64,000 bases of DNA from positions 1,129,843 through 1,193,842 of the forward strand of contig CAVUBQ010000002.1 in the NCBI GenBank assembly GCA_963739845.1, given 5' to 3'. The notes under the pieces were generated by a model that worked only from the letters and a program-made list of their open reading frames with translations, ran no database searches and was not told the origin of the DNA. The position numbers and the translations under genes were made by a program. The DNA is from Vulcanimicrobiota bacterium. GTDB taxonomy: Bacteria > Vulcanimicrobiota > Vulcanimicrobiia > Vulcanimicrobiales > Vulcanimicrobiaceae. Positions 39,192-50,320 of the stretch are shown here, piece after piece. Within the stretch, counting starts at the first letter, position 1. The number at the start of each line of letters is the position of its first letter.

Positions 39192-39507
39192 TGTACTCCC
39201 ACCTTACAGTGTGTTTAAAAAGCGAGGTGTCTACTCTAAAAGTTAACAAAACGCAAGCTCGCTATGCTACAAGGGGGAAGCGCGACTTTGATAATATCGA
39301 TAATCGCTTCTTAAGCTTTTATCAGTGGACGCGCACAATACGGCGCAGCGGTTGCGAATGTAGCGTGCGGATTTGCAGGCCGTCGCCGGCGCCGGCGCGA
39401 TCGCGGGGCACGGGGTTGTCAGCGCCCGATCTGGTCGCGATAGAGGTATTTTCCACTACTGGACCTAAGTGCAACGGTTAACACGAAATTGGGGTTCTAT
39501 TAGCCGT

Positions 39508-39852
39508 ATGCCAACCGTTAGTTCGCCTGTCGCCACCCTCGCGATAAGGATTGCAGGGAAAGGACCGAGTTCCCCAGCCCTGTCGGAGCCCGTGTATGGG
39601 GGCTATGCCAATAGCCGGGGCGAGGTCGTCTTGTTCGGGAAAGACCAGGCCTATCGCGTCGACTTCAAGAGGCAGTCGCTGCAGCTACGGCCGCAGTTGA
39701 ACTTTGGAGCGCAAGCTCGCTACGATGAGGCCCAGGCCGGCGAGCCATTTCAGTTCGCGAACAGGACGTTTCAACGCCTCAGCGAGCAGCAGATCGCCGA
39801 GATCTGCGAATCCGGCGATTTTAAGGTTACGCCGAGACAGCTTCCTTTTTAA
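39508..39852 (+). CDS. hypothetical protein
   Basis: Internal ATG of ORF 39469..39852. No family recognised. Confidence 0.4.
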   Translation: MPTVSSPVATLAIRIAGKGPSSPALSEPVYGGYANSRGEVVLFGKDQAYRVDFKRQSLQLRPQLNFGAQARYDEAQAGEPFQFANRTFQRLSEQQIAEICESGDFKVTPRQLPF

Positions 39853-40672
39853 CTCGTAAGAGCGCTCGGCTCGAGGGAAGCCGGACGCCGTCCGCAAGCC
39901 GGACGATCGAGAGCGCTTTGACGATCCACCACGTGGGATCGATTTCGAACCAGCGAAGACCATGCCGCGCCGAGTATGGAAATGCGTGGTGATTGTTGTG
40001 CCAGCCCTCTCCCCAGGAAACCAGCGCAACCCACCAACAGTTCGTGGATAGGTCGCGCGTGCGGTAGGTGCGGTAGCCGATCGAGTGGGCGGCGCTATTG
40101 ACCAGCCACGTCGCGTGGTACGAGACGACGAGGCGCACGGCCATTCCCCAAATCACCCAGCTCCAGCCGCCGAGCGCAAAGAGGATGGCTGCGAGCGCAA
40201 GGTGCAGCGGCCACTGAGCGTAGGGCAGGGCTCGGTAGAAGCGGCTGGCATATAAGTCGGGCGCAAAATGCCGCAGATCCGCCTCGGTCGGCAGCGCATC
40301 GTTGCGCTGATAGAGCCAGTTCATATGGGCCCAGCGGAAGCCGCGGTCGCGCCCGTGTGGATCGCCTTGCATGTCGGAGCGCGCGTGATGTATGCGGTGC
40401 GTGGCTACCCAGCGAATCGGATCGCTCTGCAGGGCGAGCGTACCGAAAACGCTGAGCACGTACTCGAGCGGTTTGCGCAGCCGCAAACCGCGGTGGGTGA
40501 GGGTGCGATGGAAGCAGAGAGCGATCCCGAGCCCACCGGTGATGTAAAGGACGACGGCGGCCGCTGCCACCGCAGTCCATTCAAACGTCCCGGGTATAAA
40601 GGCCGCCAGCGCCGCGACGTGGATAATGCCCAGGCCGAGGCCGTTCAGGCGGCGCTGAGCGCGCGAGCTCAT
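39827..40672 (-). CDS. acyl-CoA (delta-9-type) fatty acid desaturase
   Basis: Three His boxes: HRTLTHR, HRIHHARSD and HNNHHAFP. Four TM segments. Confidence 0.85.
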   Translation of the reverse strand: MSSRAQRRLNGLGLGIIHVAALAAFIPGTFEWTAVAAAAVVLYITGGLGIALCFHRTLTHRGLRLRKPLEYVLSVFGTLALQSDPIRWVATHRIHHARSDMQGDPHGRDRGFRWAHMNWLYQRNDALPTEADLRHFAPDLYASRFYRALPYAQWPLHLALAAILFALGGWSWVIWGMAVRLVVSYHATWLVNSAAHSIGYRTYRTRDLSTNCWWVALVSWGEGWHNNHHAFPYSARHGLRWFEIDPTWWIVKALSIVRLADGVRLPSSRALLRVKKEAVSA

Positions 40673-40675
40673 GTC

Positions 40676-40978
40676 CTAACGGTAGGATTGCTGCGATGCG
40701 AAGCAGTCGCGGCAGTAGACCGGCCGGCCGGTGCGCGGCTGGAACGGAACCTCGGCGACGCCGCCACACTGGCTGCACGTTGCTTTGAAGAGCTCTCGGG
40801 TGCTGTGAGCGGACGTGCCACGTTGGCCGCCATTGGCCGCCTTGCGAGCAGCGCGGCAGTCGCCGCAGCGTCCGGGTTTGTTGGTGAAGCCTTTAGCGGC
40901 AAAAAAATCTTGTTCGCTGGCGCTAAACGTAAATGAGCGACCGCAGTCGAGGCAGGTTAACGTTTCATCTGTGTACAT
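40676..40978 (-). CDS. zinc-ribbon protein with duplicated CxxC pairs
   Basis: CLDCGRSFTF..GRCGDCR and CSQCGGVAEVPF..VYCRDCF. Confidence 0.65.
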   Translation of the reverse strand: MYTDETLTCLDCGRSFTFSASEQDFFAAKGFTNKPGRCGDCRAARKAANGGQRGTSAHSTRELFKATCSQCGGVAEVPFQPRTGRPVYCRDCFASQQSYR

Positions 40979-41004
40979 GAGTATTATGGGTCTCCTAATA
41001 ATTT

Positions 41005-41292
41005 CTAAGGTGATTGCTCGGATCGCGGCCGCCGCTCTTCTCCGGCGCGATAGCGATAAACTATGCGCCCCTTCGTTAAGTCGTAAGGCGAGATTTCCAA
41101 ATCCACACGATCGCCGGGAAGAATTCGGATACGATGCCGACGCAACCGTCCGGCGATCTGTCCCAGGATGACGTGTCCGTTATCGAGCTCGACCGAGAAG
41201 GTCGCGCTCGGGAAAACTTGCTTGATGCTGCCCATCACTTCAAGCGGGGCTTCCTTAAGGTTTTGTGGCGTAGTCGCTTTGGGCACACGCAC
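41005..41292 (-). CDS. infA: translation initiation factor IF-1, extended at both ends; start codon uncertain
   Basis: EVMGSIKQVFPSATFSVELDNGHVILGQIAGRLRRHRIRILPGDRVDLEISPYDLTKGRIVYRY matches the IF-1 S1-like fold. A GAAAGGAGAG RBS lies further upstream, ahead of an ATC codon at ~41333. Confidence 0.8.
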   Translation of the reverse strand: MRVPKATTPQNLKEAPLEVMGSIKQVFPSATFSVELDNGHVILGQIAGRLRRHRIRILPGDRVDLEISPYDLTKGRIVYRYRAGEERRPRSEQSP

Positions 41293-41598
41293 ACGGTTTC
41301 TGCTTTTTCTATTGCGAACAGCGATGGTTAGCTCTCCTTTCGCTGGCGTCGGTCTGACGGTCGTCCCACAAGCGGGCCCTCAGCAACGGACCAACCGAGC
41401 ACATCCGAAGATGAACCCGGCGGAGGGTTGCTGCTCGACAGGTAAGCGAAGAAGCTTAAAATCGGACCGATCTTTCAGTGGCGCAATTTTATCGACCGCT
41501 CGAAAGATCGCGCTTAGGTGTGACAAGGGGGATTCTCTCACAAATCCCGGCCGTCCGCAAGCGATACCTGGCTCCGAGGCAGCTCGAGTCCCGGCTGC

Positions 41599-41775
41599 CT
41601 ACGGCAGGCGCTCGATCTTCGAGATCGCTTTCCTGGGGACATCGTAGCCGAACCCCCGAACGAGGATGCGGCCCGTGTCGTCGCTCCGCTTGAGCACACC
41701 TTCCCGAACCCGCCCGCTCTGCATTGTGACTTTTACGCGCTCGCCGATAAGACTGTCGATCTCTTCGTTTTTCAC
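41599..41775 (-). CDS. small hypothetical protein (58 aa, GTG start)
   Basis: My own translation: VKNEEIDSLIGERVKVTMQSGRVREGVLKRSDDTGRILVRGFGYDVPRKAISKIERLP. Below the ORF-track cut-off. Confidence 0.35.
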   Translation of the reverse strand: MKNEEIDSLIGERVKVTMQSGRVREGVLKRSDDTGRILVRGFGYDVPRKAISKIERLP

Positions 41776-41833
41776 CGGAATACCTGCCTTCGATTAACTC
41801 GGTTCGCTACCGGGATGATGGAAGCCCGCAGCG

Positions 41834-44068
<2,235 letters not shown>

Positions 44069-44093
44069 TTAAGAAGGGGGCTTCAATCTGAAA

Positions 44094-44549
44094 GTGAATA
44101 TCACTTGCATGGGCAGAATACCGCCGCAAGCGGGCGCCGTCAATAGGGGAGCGGCCTCCCCACCGGCGCCGCTGCCGAAGAACTACCGGCTCATCTACGA
44201 GATCGTCGCACAGAGCGGCATCGGGCGGCATCTCACGTCCTCGCAGATCTACGCAAAGGCGCTCAAGCGGCGCCCCGGGATCGGATTCACGACCGTCTAT
44301 CGTGGTCTCGAGCGGTTACGCGATCTGGGCTTGGTCTCCGAGCTCCACATGCCGGGCGTCGACGCGGCGACCTACGAGCCGTCCGGGCCGCGGCACGCCC
44401 ACTTTCGCTGCAGCAAGTGCGGCAAGATCGAAGACGTCGCCTATGCAGTTCCGGCGCGCACGATCAACACGCTCGTGCAGCACCATGGGTTCACGATCGA
44501 AAGCGAACGCGTGACGTTCGCAGGTCTCTGCGCAACCTGCGCTCGATGA
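44094..44549 (+). CDS. Fur-family transcriptional regulator (FurA/PerR-like), divergent from katG
   Basis: YRLIYEIV..TVYRGLERLRDLGLV..HAHFRCSKCGKIEDV..CATCAR. The start may be the ATG at 44109. Confidence 0.8.
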   Translation: MNITCMGRIPPQAGAVNRGAASPPAPLPKNYRLIYEIVAQSGIGRHLTSSQIYAKALKRRPGIGFTTVYRGLERLRDLGLVSELHMPGVDAATYEPSGPRHAHFRCSKCGKIEDVAYAVPARTINTLVQHHGFTIESERVTFAGLCATCAR

Positions 44550-45422
44550 CCGGTTCTCTCGATCTTTTCCCGCTGGAGTTTGGCCCGGGCTTCGCGACGA
44601 AGCGAATCGACGTCGAAGGGGCGACGATAAGCGTTACCATCGGCGGGAGCGGACCGGCGGTCTTGCTGCTCCATGGTTACGCCGAGGACTCGCGCATGTG
44701 GAGGCCGCTGGCTCAGCTCGCTTCTCGCTTCACCGTTATCGCACCGGACCTGCCGGGGATCGGAAACTCTTCGATACCGTCGTCGGGCATCGACATGGTA
44801 ACGTCGGCCCATCGGGTGCACGAAACAATGCACGCTCTTGGCTATCGCAACGACCTTCGCGTCGTCGGCCACGACATCGGGTTGATGGTCGCCTACGCGT
44901 ACGCAGCGATCTATCCGGCCGAGACGAACCGCCTCGCGATCATGGACGCCTTTCTTCCCGGAATCGAGGGATGGGAGCCGATCTACGACGGGCCCGGCAC
45001 CTGGCACTTTCGGTTCTACGGCCCGACGCCGCTCGCGCTCGTAGATGGTCGCGAACGCACGTACTTCGAACACTTTTGGAACGACTTTGCCGCCGATAAG
45101 ACGCGGTCTATCCCAGAGAAAGCTCGAGAAGAATACGCCTCGGCGTACGCTCGCCCAGGCCGGATGGCGGCCGGCTTCGCGTACTTCGCATCGTTTCTAA
45201 ACACTGCGTCGGCATTTGCAGCGTTGGCGAAGAACCGTCTGCCGATGCCGGTCATGTCGATCGGCGGAGAGAAGTCGCTCGGCGTGGCGTTGGGCGAGCA
45301 GGCCAAGGTCATCTCCCGCCAATGCCCGAGTCGTTGTGATTAAGGATTCCGGTCACTGGCTGATGGAAGAGCAGCCCCAGGCGACGATGGCGGCGCTTAC
45401 CCAGTTCCTCGACGCTCCCTAG
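44546..45422 (+). CDS. alpha/beta hydrolase (epoxide hydrolase / haloalkane dehalogenase-like), frame change near 45310
   Basis: MTGSLDLFP..AVLLLHGYAEDSRMW..VVGHDIGLMVAY (Asp nucleophile context). C-terminus VVIKDSGHWLMEEQPQ is in ORF 45216..45422. ATGA overlap with the fur-like gene. Confidence 0.75.
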
Positions 45423-45635
45423 TCCTGCGGCACGGCACATCCAGAGTGGGCGATGGCCCGTTTTAATGGCATGAGGCTCTCCACGCCCGCCCTGCTCGCA
45501 AGCGTTCTGGCGTTCGTCTTCGTAGCAGTGCTTCAACTCTCGAACGCTCTGCCCGGGGCCGAACGGGGCTTGCTGCTCTTCGAAAAGGCCTGCCCGATCT
45601 ACAGCAGCGCCCGGTAACCCAGCTCGCCGGCGACG

Positions 45636-46583
45636 CTATTGCACGTCGTTCGGTCCGTCGACGGCCGCCATCGGGATGCCGAAGCCCCCGTGGCTGGAGC
45701 CGAGGCGCCGGATCACCTTCCCGGTTGTATAGTCGAGCACGTAAACGAACTGACGCATAGACTCGTCGGATACGAATACCTTCCGTTCGTTTGCGTTGAT
45801 CGAAACGAAGATCGGCGAGCCGAAGTCGAGTTTTAGCCGCCTGGTCACCTTTGAATACGGCGGCGCGATCACGTCGACGCGCTGCGATATGCCGTTGGCG
45901 AGGATCAAGTTGCCGTGGCTGTCGAGGGCGATGCCGCCCGCATTGGCGACATGCGTGCCAAGCTCGGTGGGGGAGCAGCCGGCGAGTCCGCTTTCATACT
46001 CGGCGATGCGCGCGCCTTGGCTTTTGATGTTGTAGTCGACGAAGACGTCGCCCGCCTTGTCCACGCTGACGCCGAATACGCCCGGAACCGGACACGTGTA
46101 GAGCACGGTGTTGCTCCGCTGGTCGTACTCGTTCACGGTATCCGTTCCGCCGAAGACTGGACTGTCGGTTTCAAAAAGGTGCCCTTGGCGATCGACGGCT
46201 ATCGAGAGCGGCTGCATCATCCCCGCTGAGTATACGAACGAAGGCTGCGTGCTGCCGGGAGCGTACTCCGTGACATTTCCTCCGTTTCTATTTGCGACGT
46301 AGAGATTGCCGCCGCGGTCGAGGGTGACGTCGAAGGGGCCGTTTATCCCGGTATTGATCGTCCCATCCGGCACGTAGTGGTCGTTTTTTAGCAGCACGAT
46401 CTGGCCCTCGCCGTAGTCGGCAACGTAGAGATCGTGCAGTCCGGCGTAGCTGTCCGGAGCAAAGCTCTGTGTGGACGGCAAAGTGTTGCCGGCGGGCGTT
46501 GGACTCGACGCCGATCCCGAGCATCCGGCGAGGAGAGCGAAAAGGATGACGATGACGTGCGACCGCGGTGACGGCGTTTTCAT
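45636..46583 (-). CDS. NHL-like beta-propeller lipoprotein
   Basis: MKTPSPRSHVIVILFALLAGCSG. Repeats of the type LYVAN..G.V.EY. Confidence 0.7.
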   Translation of the reverse strand: MKTPSPRSHVIVILFALLAGCSGSASSPTPAGNTLPSTQSFAPDSYAGLHDLYVADYGEGQIVLLKNDHYVPDGTINTGINGPFDVTLDRGGNLYVANRNGGNVTEYAPGSTQPSFVYSAGMMQPLSIAVDRQGHLFETDSPVFGGTDTVNEYDQRSNTVLYTCPVPGVFGVSVDKAGDVFVDYNIKSQGARIAEYESGLAGCSPTELGTHVANAGGIALDSHGNLILANGISQRVDVIAPPYSKVTRRLKLDFGSPIFVSINANERKVFVSDESMRQFVYVLDYTTGKVIRRLGSSHGGFGIPMAAVDGPNDVQ

Positions 46584-46588
46584 GAGGC

Positions 46589-47251
46589 TTAGCGTCCGGT
46601 GGGGCCGAAGCGCTCGGTCCGCACGCGCGACTGGTCGTGGCCGGCTTGCGTCAGGAGGCCGGCCACCGTTTCGACAAAACCGGTCGGCCCGCAGACGTAG
46701 CACAGCGGGCTTTGCGACGCCCCGAACGTCGCTGCGCCGATCAGCTCGGCGTTGACACGCTGCGGCTTTGCCGGCCAGTTCGCCGGCGCTTCGCGCGTGT
46801 ATGAAAGGGTAACGCCGACCCGATCGCCATCGATTGAATACTTCTGCAGCTCGTCAGCGTAGATCACCGCTGCGGGCGTGCGAACCGAATAGATCAACCG
46901 AAACGGAGCGGGAGATCCCGCCTTGGCGCGCGTGCGAAGCATAGCCATGAGCGGCACGACGCCCGAGCCGCCGGCGATCAGCTGAACCGGTTCGCTCTGC
47001 TCCGGACGCCAGACGAACCACCCGCCGATGGGGCCGAGAATCTCGAGCGGACTGCCCGGCTCGACCGTTTGCACGAGGTAAGGAGAGACTTCACCATCGG
47101 GCATCAGCTCGATCGTAAGTTCGAGCCGCTCTCCGTCGGGCGCGCTGGCGATCGAGTAGGTGCGCACGGCGGTGTAGCCGTCATCGGCGCGCAGCCGTAC
47201 GTCGACGTGTTGGCCGGCCGCGTGACCGGGCCAACCCGGTGCGTCGAGCAC
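46589..47251 (-). CDS. ferredoxin-NADP reductase-like FAD/NAD(P)-binding oxidoreductase; N-terminus extends to ~47300 in another frame
   Basis: GQHVDVRL..RTYSIAS..GPIGGWF..IAGGSGVVPLMAML..CGPTGFVE. An upstream SWYAATVVERRKETQTASTL segment is in a shifted frame. Confidence 0.75.
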   Translation of the reverse strand: MLDAPGWPGHAAGQHVDVRLRADDGYTAVRTYSIASAPDGERLELTIELMPDGEVSPYLVQTVEPGSPLEILGPIGGWFVWRPEQSEPVQLIAGGSGVVPLMAMLRTRAKAGSPAPFRLIYSVRTPAAVIYADELQKYSIDGDRVGVTLSYTREAPANWPAKPQRVNAELIGAATFGASQSPLCYVCGPTGFVETVAGLLTQAGHDQSRVRTERFGPTGR

Positions 47252-47311
47252 GCAGCGTGCTCGCCGTCTGCGTCTCTTTGCGCCGCTCGACGACCGTAGC
47301 CGCGTACCAGC

Positions 47312-47920
47312 TCAGTCGCCCGTGTACCGCTGTTCCCGCCATGGATCTCCGTACATATTATAACCGAGCCGCTCCCAGAAGCCGGGTTCGTCGGCACGCA
47401 TGAGCGTCAATCCGCGCACCCACTTTGCGCTCTTCCAAAAATAGAGATGCGGCACGAGCAGACGCGCCGGCCCTCCGTGCTCGGGCTCGAGATCTTTGCC
47501 GTCGAAGCGAAATGCAACCCACGCTTTGCCGTCACGCAGATCGGAGAGCGGAACGTTCGTGCTGTACCCGCCGTACGAGTGGGCCATCACAAATCCCGCT
47601 TCGGTCTGGACGTCCTTCAGCAGCGTATCGATCGAGATGCCCTCCCAATGCGTTCCCAGCTTCGACCAGCGCGTGACGCAGTGAATATCCGTGGCGATCT
47701 GTTCGCTGGGCAATGCGCGAAACTGCTCCCAGCTCCACGTTTGAGTGCCGCCGGTTTCGCTCACGATCGAAAACTCCCAATCCGCCAGCCGCACCGAAGG
47801 CGTTGGGCCTGCGGAAAGGACGGGAAAGTCCGTGGTCACGTACTGACCCGGCGGAAGGCTGCTGCTACTTTGGCGTCGCTTCCCGACGAATCCAGGAGTC
47901 GATGGATGCTGCTCGCTCAT
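47312..47920 (-). CDS. sulfite-oxidase-like molybdopterin oxidoreductase (YedY/MsrP-type catalytic domain)
   Basis: Internal Met at 47920: MSEQHPS..DIHCVTRWSKLGTHWEGISI..GGPARLLVPHLYFWKSAKWVRGL. The longer ORF-track N-terminus is Arg-rich junk. Confidence 0.75.
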   Translation of the reverse strand: MSEQHPSTPGFVGKRRQSSSSLPPGQYVTTDFPVLSAGPTPSVRLADWEFSIVSETGGTQTWSWEQFRALPSEQIATDIHCVTRWSKLGTHWEGISIDTLLKDVQTEAGFVMAHSYGGYSTNVPLSDLRDGKAWVAFRFDGKDLEPEHGGPARLLVPHLYFWKSAKWVRGLTLMRADEPGFWERLGYNMYGDPWREQRYTGD

Positions 47921-47958
47921 TGTGGTCACGCTTCGCGTTTCGCGGCGAGACCTCCATC

Positions 47959-49134
47959 CTAGATCAGTTGGCTGATCGAAACCGTGCGCGAGACGCTTTG
48001 GCCGGAGTGCGGTCCCACGAGCAGCGTCACCTGGCTGCCGAAGGGCTGGGCGTCGAGCCAGGCGCGGAGACGAGTGGGGGGCCACGTTCGCGTCGGAATC
48101 CCGTTGACCGCTAGGATCGTATCTCCGGCCTGAATTCCGGCCTTTTCGGCCGGCCCGCCGGCCAAAACCGACGAGACGACCGGGCCGCGCCCGCCGGTTG
48201 CGATCCACATGCCCACCGGATCGTAGCGCTCGAGCAGCGCAAATTTGCCGCTCGGCCAGAGCACGAGCCGCTGATGCGGCAAGTCGTAGATCGCGTTGAA
48301 CCGCGTCATGAATCCGTTCCCGATGCTCGCGATCCAACCGGTGGAATCGAACGCGCCCGCCTTACCGAGCGGAACCCGCGTCAGAACGTCCTTGACGGTA
48401 TAGCCGAAGGCGTTCACTTGGGTGCGAATGACGTCGGAGTCGATGCGGCCGCCGACACCGTAACCGGTGACCGCACCGTGCACGGCCGGTTCGAACGAAT
48501 AGAAGCCGTGATCGCGCGCGAAGGGCCCGAAGATCGTGAGTGACGAGCGATCGCCGGTGTCGAGTAAGACCGAGCCGGCGATGGAGTCGATCTGAGCCGG
48601 GAACGTGATGAAGCCCTGCTGCATCGTGTAGGGAACGGACCGGGCCGTAGCCGGAGCGTCAAACGCGCCGTTCCAGAGCGTTAATACGCCCCGATCCGGG
48701 TCGACCTGAAACGCATACTTTCCGAAGACGTTGGAGCCGATGATCCCGTCGACGTGTTCGAATCCGATGGCGCGCTGGATTGGGCCGAGGTCGATGACGA
48801 TTGCGGACATCGCCGGGAACGCGACGCCGGCTACGGTCATCCCGTTAATGTGCGTCGACGAAACGGCGACTCTCCCCGCGCCCGCGCCACCGACGGATCC
48901 GGCCGGCTTTAACGAGAGGTCAAGCCGCCGTGCGGCTTGCGGCGTGAGCGATACTCCGGGCGCACCCGTATCGAGGATCATGTGAAAACCCGCGGTCCCG
49001 TTTATCGTCACCGGAATCACGATGCGGTTGTCGATCAGGTCGAACGGCGTCTGCGCTGAGTCCGGCAACGCCGCAATCGGCCAGAGCGCTAGCGCCGCGA
49101 GCAGCGTTCCTCGAAGCATCGTTGCCGGACTCAT
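47959..49134 (-). CDS. secreted retropepsin-like aspartyl protease (two DTG lobes) with C-terminal PDZ domain
   Basis: FHMILDTGAPGVSL and VLLDTGDRSSL. PDZ: GGPAEKAGIQAGDTILAVNG. Confidence 0.75.
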   Translation of the reverse strand: MSPATMLRGTLLAALALWPIAALPDSAQTPFDLIDNRIVIPVTINGTAGFHMILDTGAPGVSLTPQAARRLDLSLKPAGSVGGAGAGRVAVSSTHINGMTVAGVAFPAMSAIVIDLGPIQRAIGFEHVDGIIGSNVFGKYAFQVDPDRGVLTLWNGAFDAPATARSVPYTMQQGFITFPAQIDSIAGSVLLDTGDRSSLTIFGPFARDHGFYSFEPAVHGAVTGYGVGGRIDSDVIRTQVNAFGYTVKDVLTRVPLGKAGAFDSTGWIASIGNGFMTRFNAIYDLPHQRLVLWPSGKFALLERYDPVGMWIATGGRGPVVSSVLAGGPAEKAGIQAGDTILAVNGIPTRTWPPTRLRAWLDAQPFGSQVTLLVGPHSGQSVSRTVSISQLI

Positions 49135-49311
49135 GAGCAGAGCTTAGCACCCTTGCGGCAACGTAGTAATCAAACGAGAGTCTGCCAGCCCGCAATGCGC
49201 GATGAAAAAATCATCAAATAAAAAAGTATAAAGCGAGGAACCGGCGACGAACGCGGCCAATCAGCCCGGCTCGTCCACGCCCGCACATTAGCCTACATTA
49301 AGGGAGAAACC

Positions 49312-49737
49312 ATGGCGATCGAACTCGAGCCGTATCTGTTCTTTACCGGAAAATGCGAAGAGGCGCTCAACTTCTACAAAGGCGTCTTCGGCGGCGCGAT
49401 CAGCGAGGTATCGCGCTGGAAGGATATGCCGGCCGATGCCGGTGGTCCACCGGTGACGCCGGAAACCGAGAACCGGGTGATGCACGCGAGCTTCAAGGCG
49501 GATGCGGTTTCGTTCATGGCGTCGGATGCGACGCCCGGAAAGAGCTACGGTGAGGGGCCTATCTCGCTTTCGCTCGGCACGAACGACGCGGCCGAGGCGC
49601 AGCGCATCTTCGACGGCCTCGCACAAGGCGGCACGGTCGAGATGCCGATGCAAGATATGTTTTGGGGCGCAAAGTTCGGCATGCTCACCGACAAGTTTGG
49701 AATCGACTGGATGATTAACTGCCGGACCGGCAGCTAG
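49312..49737 (+). CDS. VOC/glyoxalase superfamily protein (PhnB-like)
   Basis: LEPYLFFTGKCEEALNFYKGVFGG..VMHASF..MFWGAKFGMLTDKFGIDWMIN. Confidence 0.8.
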   Translation: MAIELEPYLFFTGKCEEALNFYKGVFGGAISEVSRWKDMPADAGGPPVTPETENRVMHASFKADAVSFMASDATPGKSYGEGPISLSLGTNDAAEAQRIFDGLAQGGTVEMPMQDMFWGAKFGMLTDKFGIDWMINCRTGS

Positions 49738-50303
49738 CCTCGGATCGCGCGGGCGCGCACGTACGCCGTGCGCGCCAAGGCGATCAGGGCGATCGTAAAG
49801 CAGATCGCGAGTAGCGCCGCAACGAACGGCGCAACGAACGAAACTACTAGCGAACCGATCGAGCCGGCATCTTCGGCGGTGCTCACTACCGGGTTGCCGG
49901 CGCCGCCGGTCGTCACCGTCGAGGCGCCGCGAACCGCAGCGATTGCGGCGTGTACGCCCAGCGCGTTCAGAGCGCCGAGCACCATCAGCGTGATCAGCGC
50001 CTCGTGCGAGGGCGGGTTCAGCGTGCCGCCGACGAGGACCGCCGCGGCTGCGGGCTTGAGCGCAACCTGCCCGACGTGCAGCAGGTGATCGAGCAGCGGA
50101 ACTTTGTCGGCGAGAATCTCGACAACGGCGAGGCCGCCGAGCAGCCACATCGCCAGCGGCGCCGCGAGCCACGCAAACGCCTCGGGTGGATGGATCACAT
50201 GGAAGTGGGCGGCGATCGAGACGGCGGCCAGCGCCAGCAGCGCACGCACTCCGGCGGTCGTGGTCAGCGCGTACGCTAGCGCGTACTCACTCGCTGCGTC
50301 CAT
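49734..50303 (-). CDS. DUF4126-like membrane protein
   Basis: ALLALAAVSIAAHF..LAVVEILADKVPLLDHLLH. About 5 TM. Confidence 0.6.
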   Translation of the reverse strand: MDAASEYALAYALTTTAGVRALLALAAVSIAAHFHVIHPPEAFAWLAAPLAMWLLGGLAVVEILADKVPLLDHLLHVGQVALKPAAAAVLVGGTLNPPSHEALITLMVLGALNALGVHAAIAAVRGASTVTTGGAGNPVVSTAEDAGSIGSLVVSFVAPFVAALLAICFTIALIALARTAYVRARAIRG

Positions 50304-50320
50304 ACCCTAGCCTCGTTCGG

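Noticed and set aside
45453-45617. 54-aa plus-strand ORF (MARFNGMRLSTPALLASVLAFVFVAVLQ..) between the hydrolase and the NHL gene.
   Set aside because: It could be a small membrane peptide, but I see no RBS or conservation evidence, so I did not list it as a feature.
47921-48337. N-terminal 139-aa extension of ORF 47312..48337.
   Set aside because: The extension is Arg-rich and low-complexity and overlaps the 3' end of the protease gene. The conserved domain begins at the internal Met (MSEQHPS).
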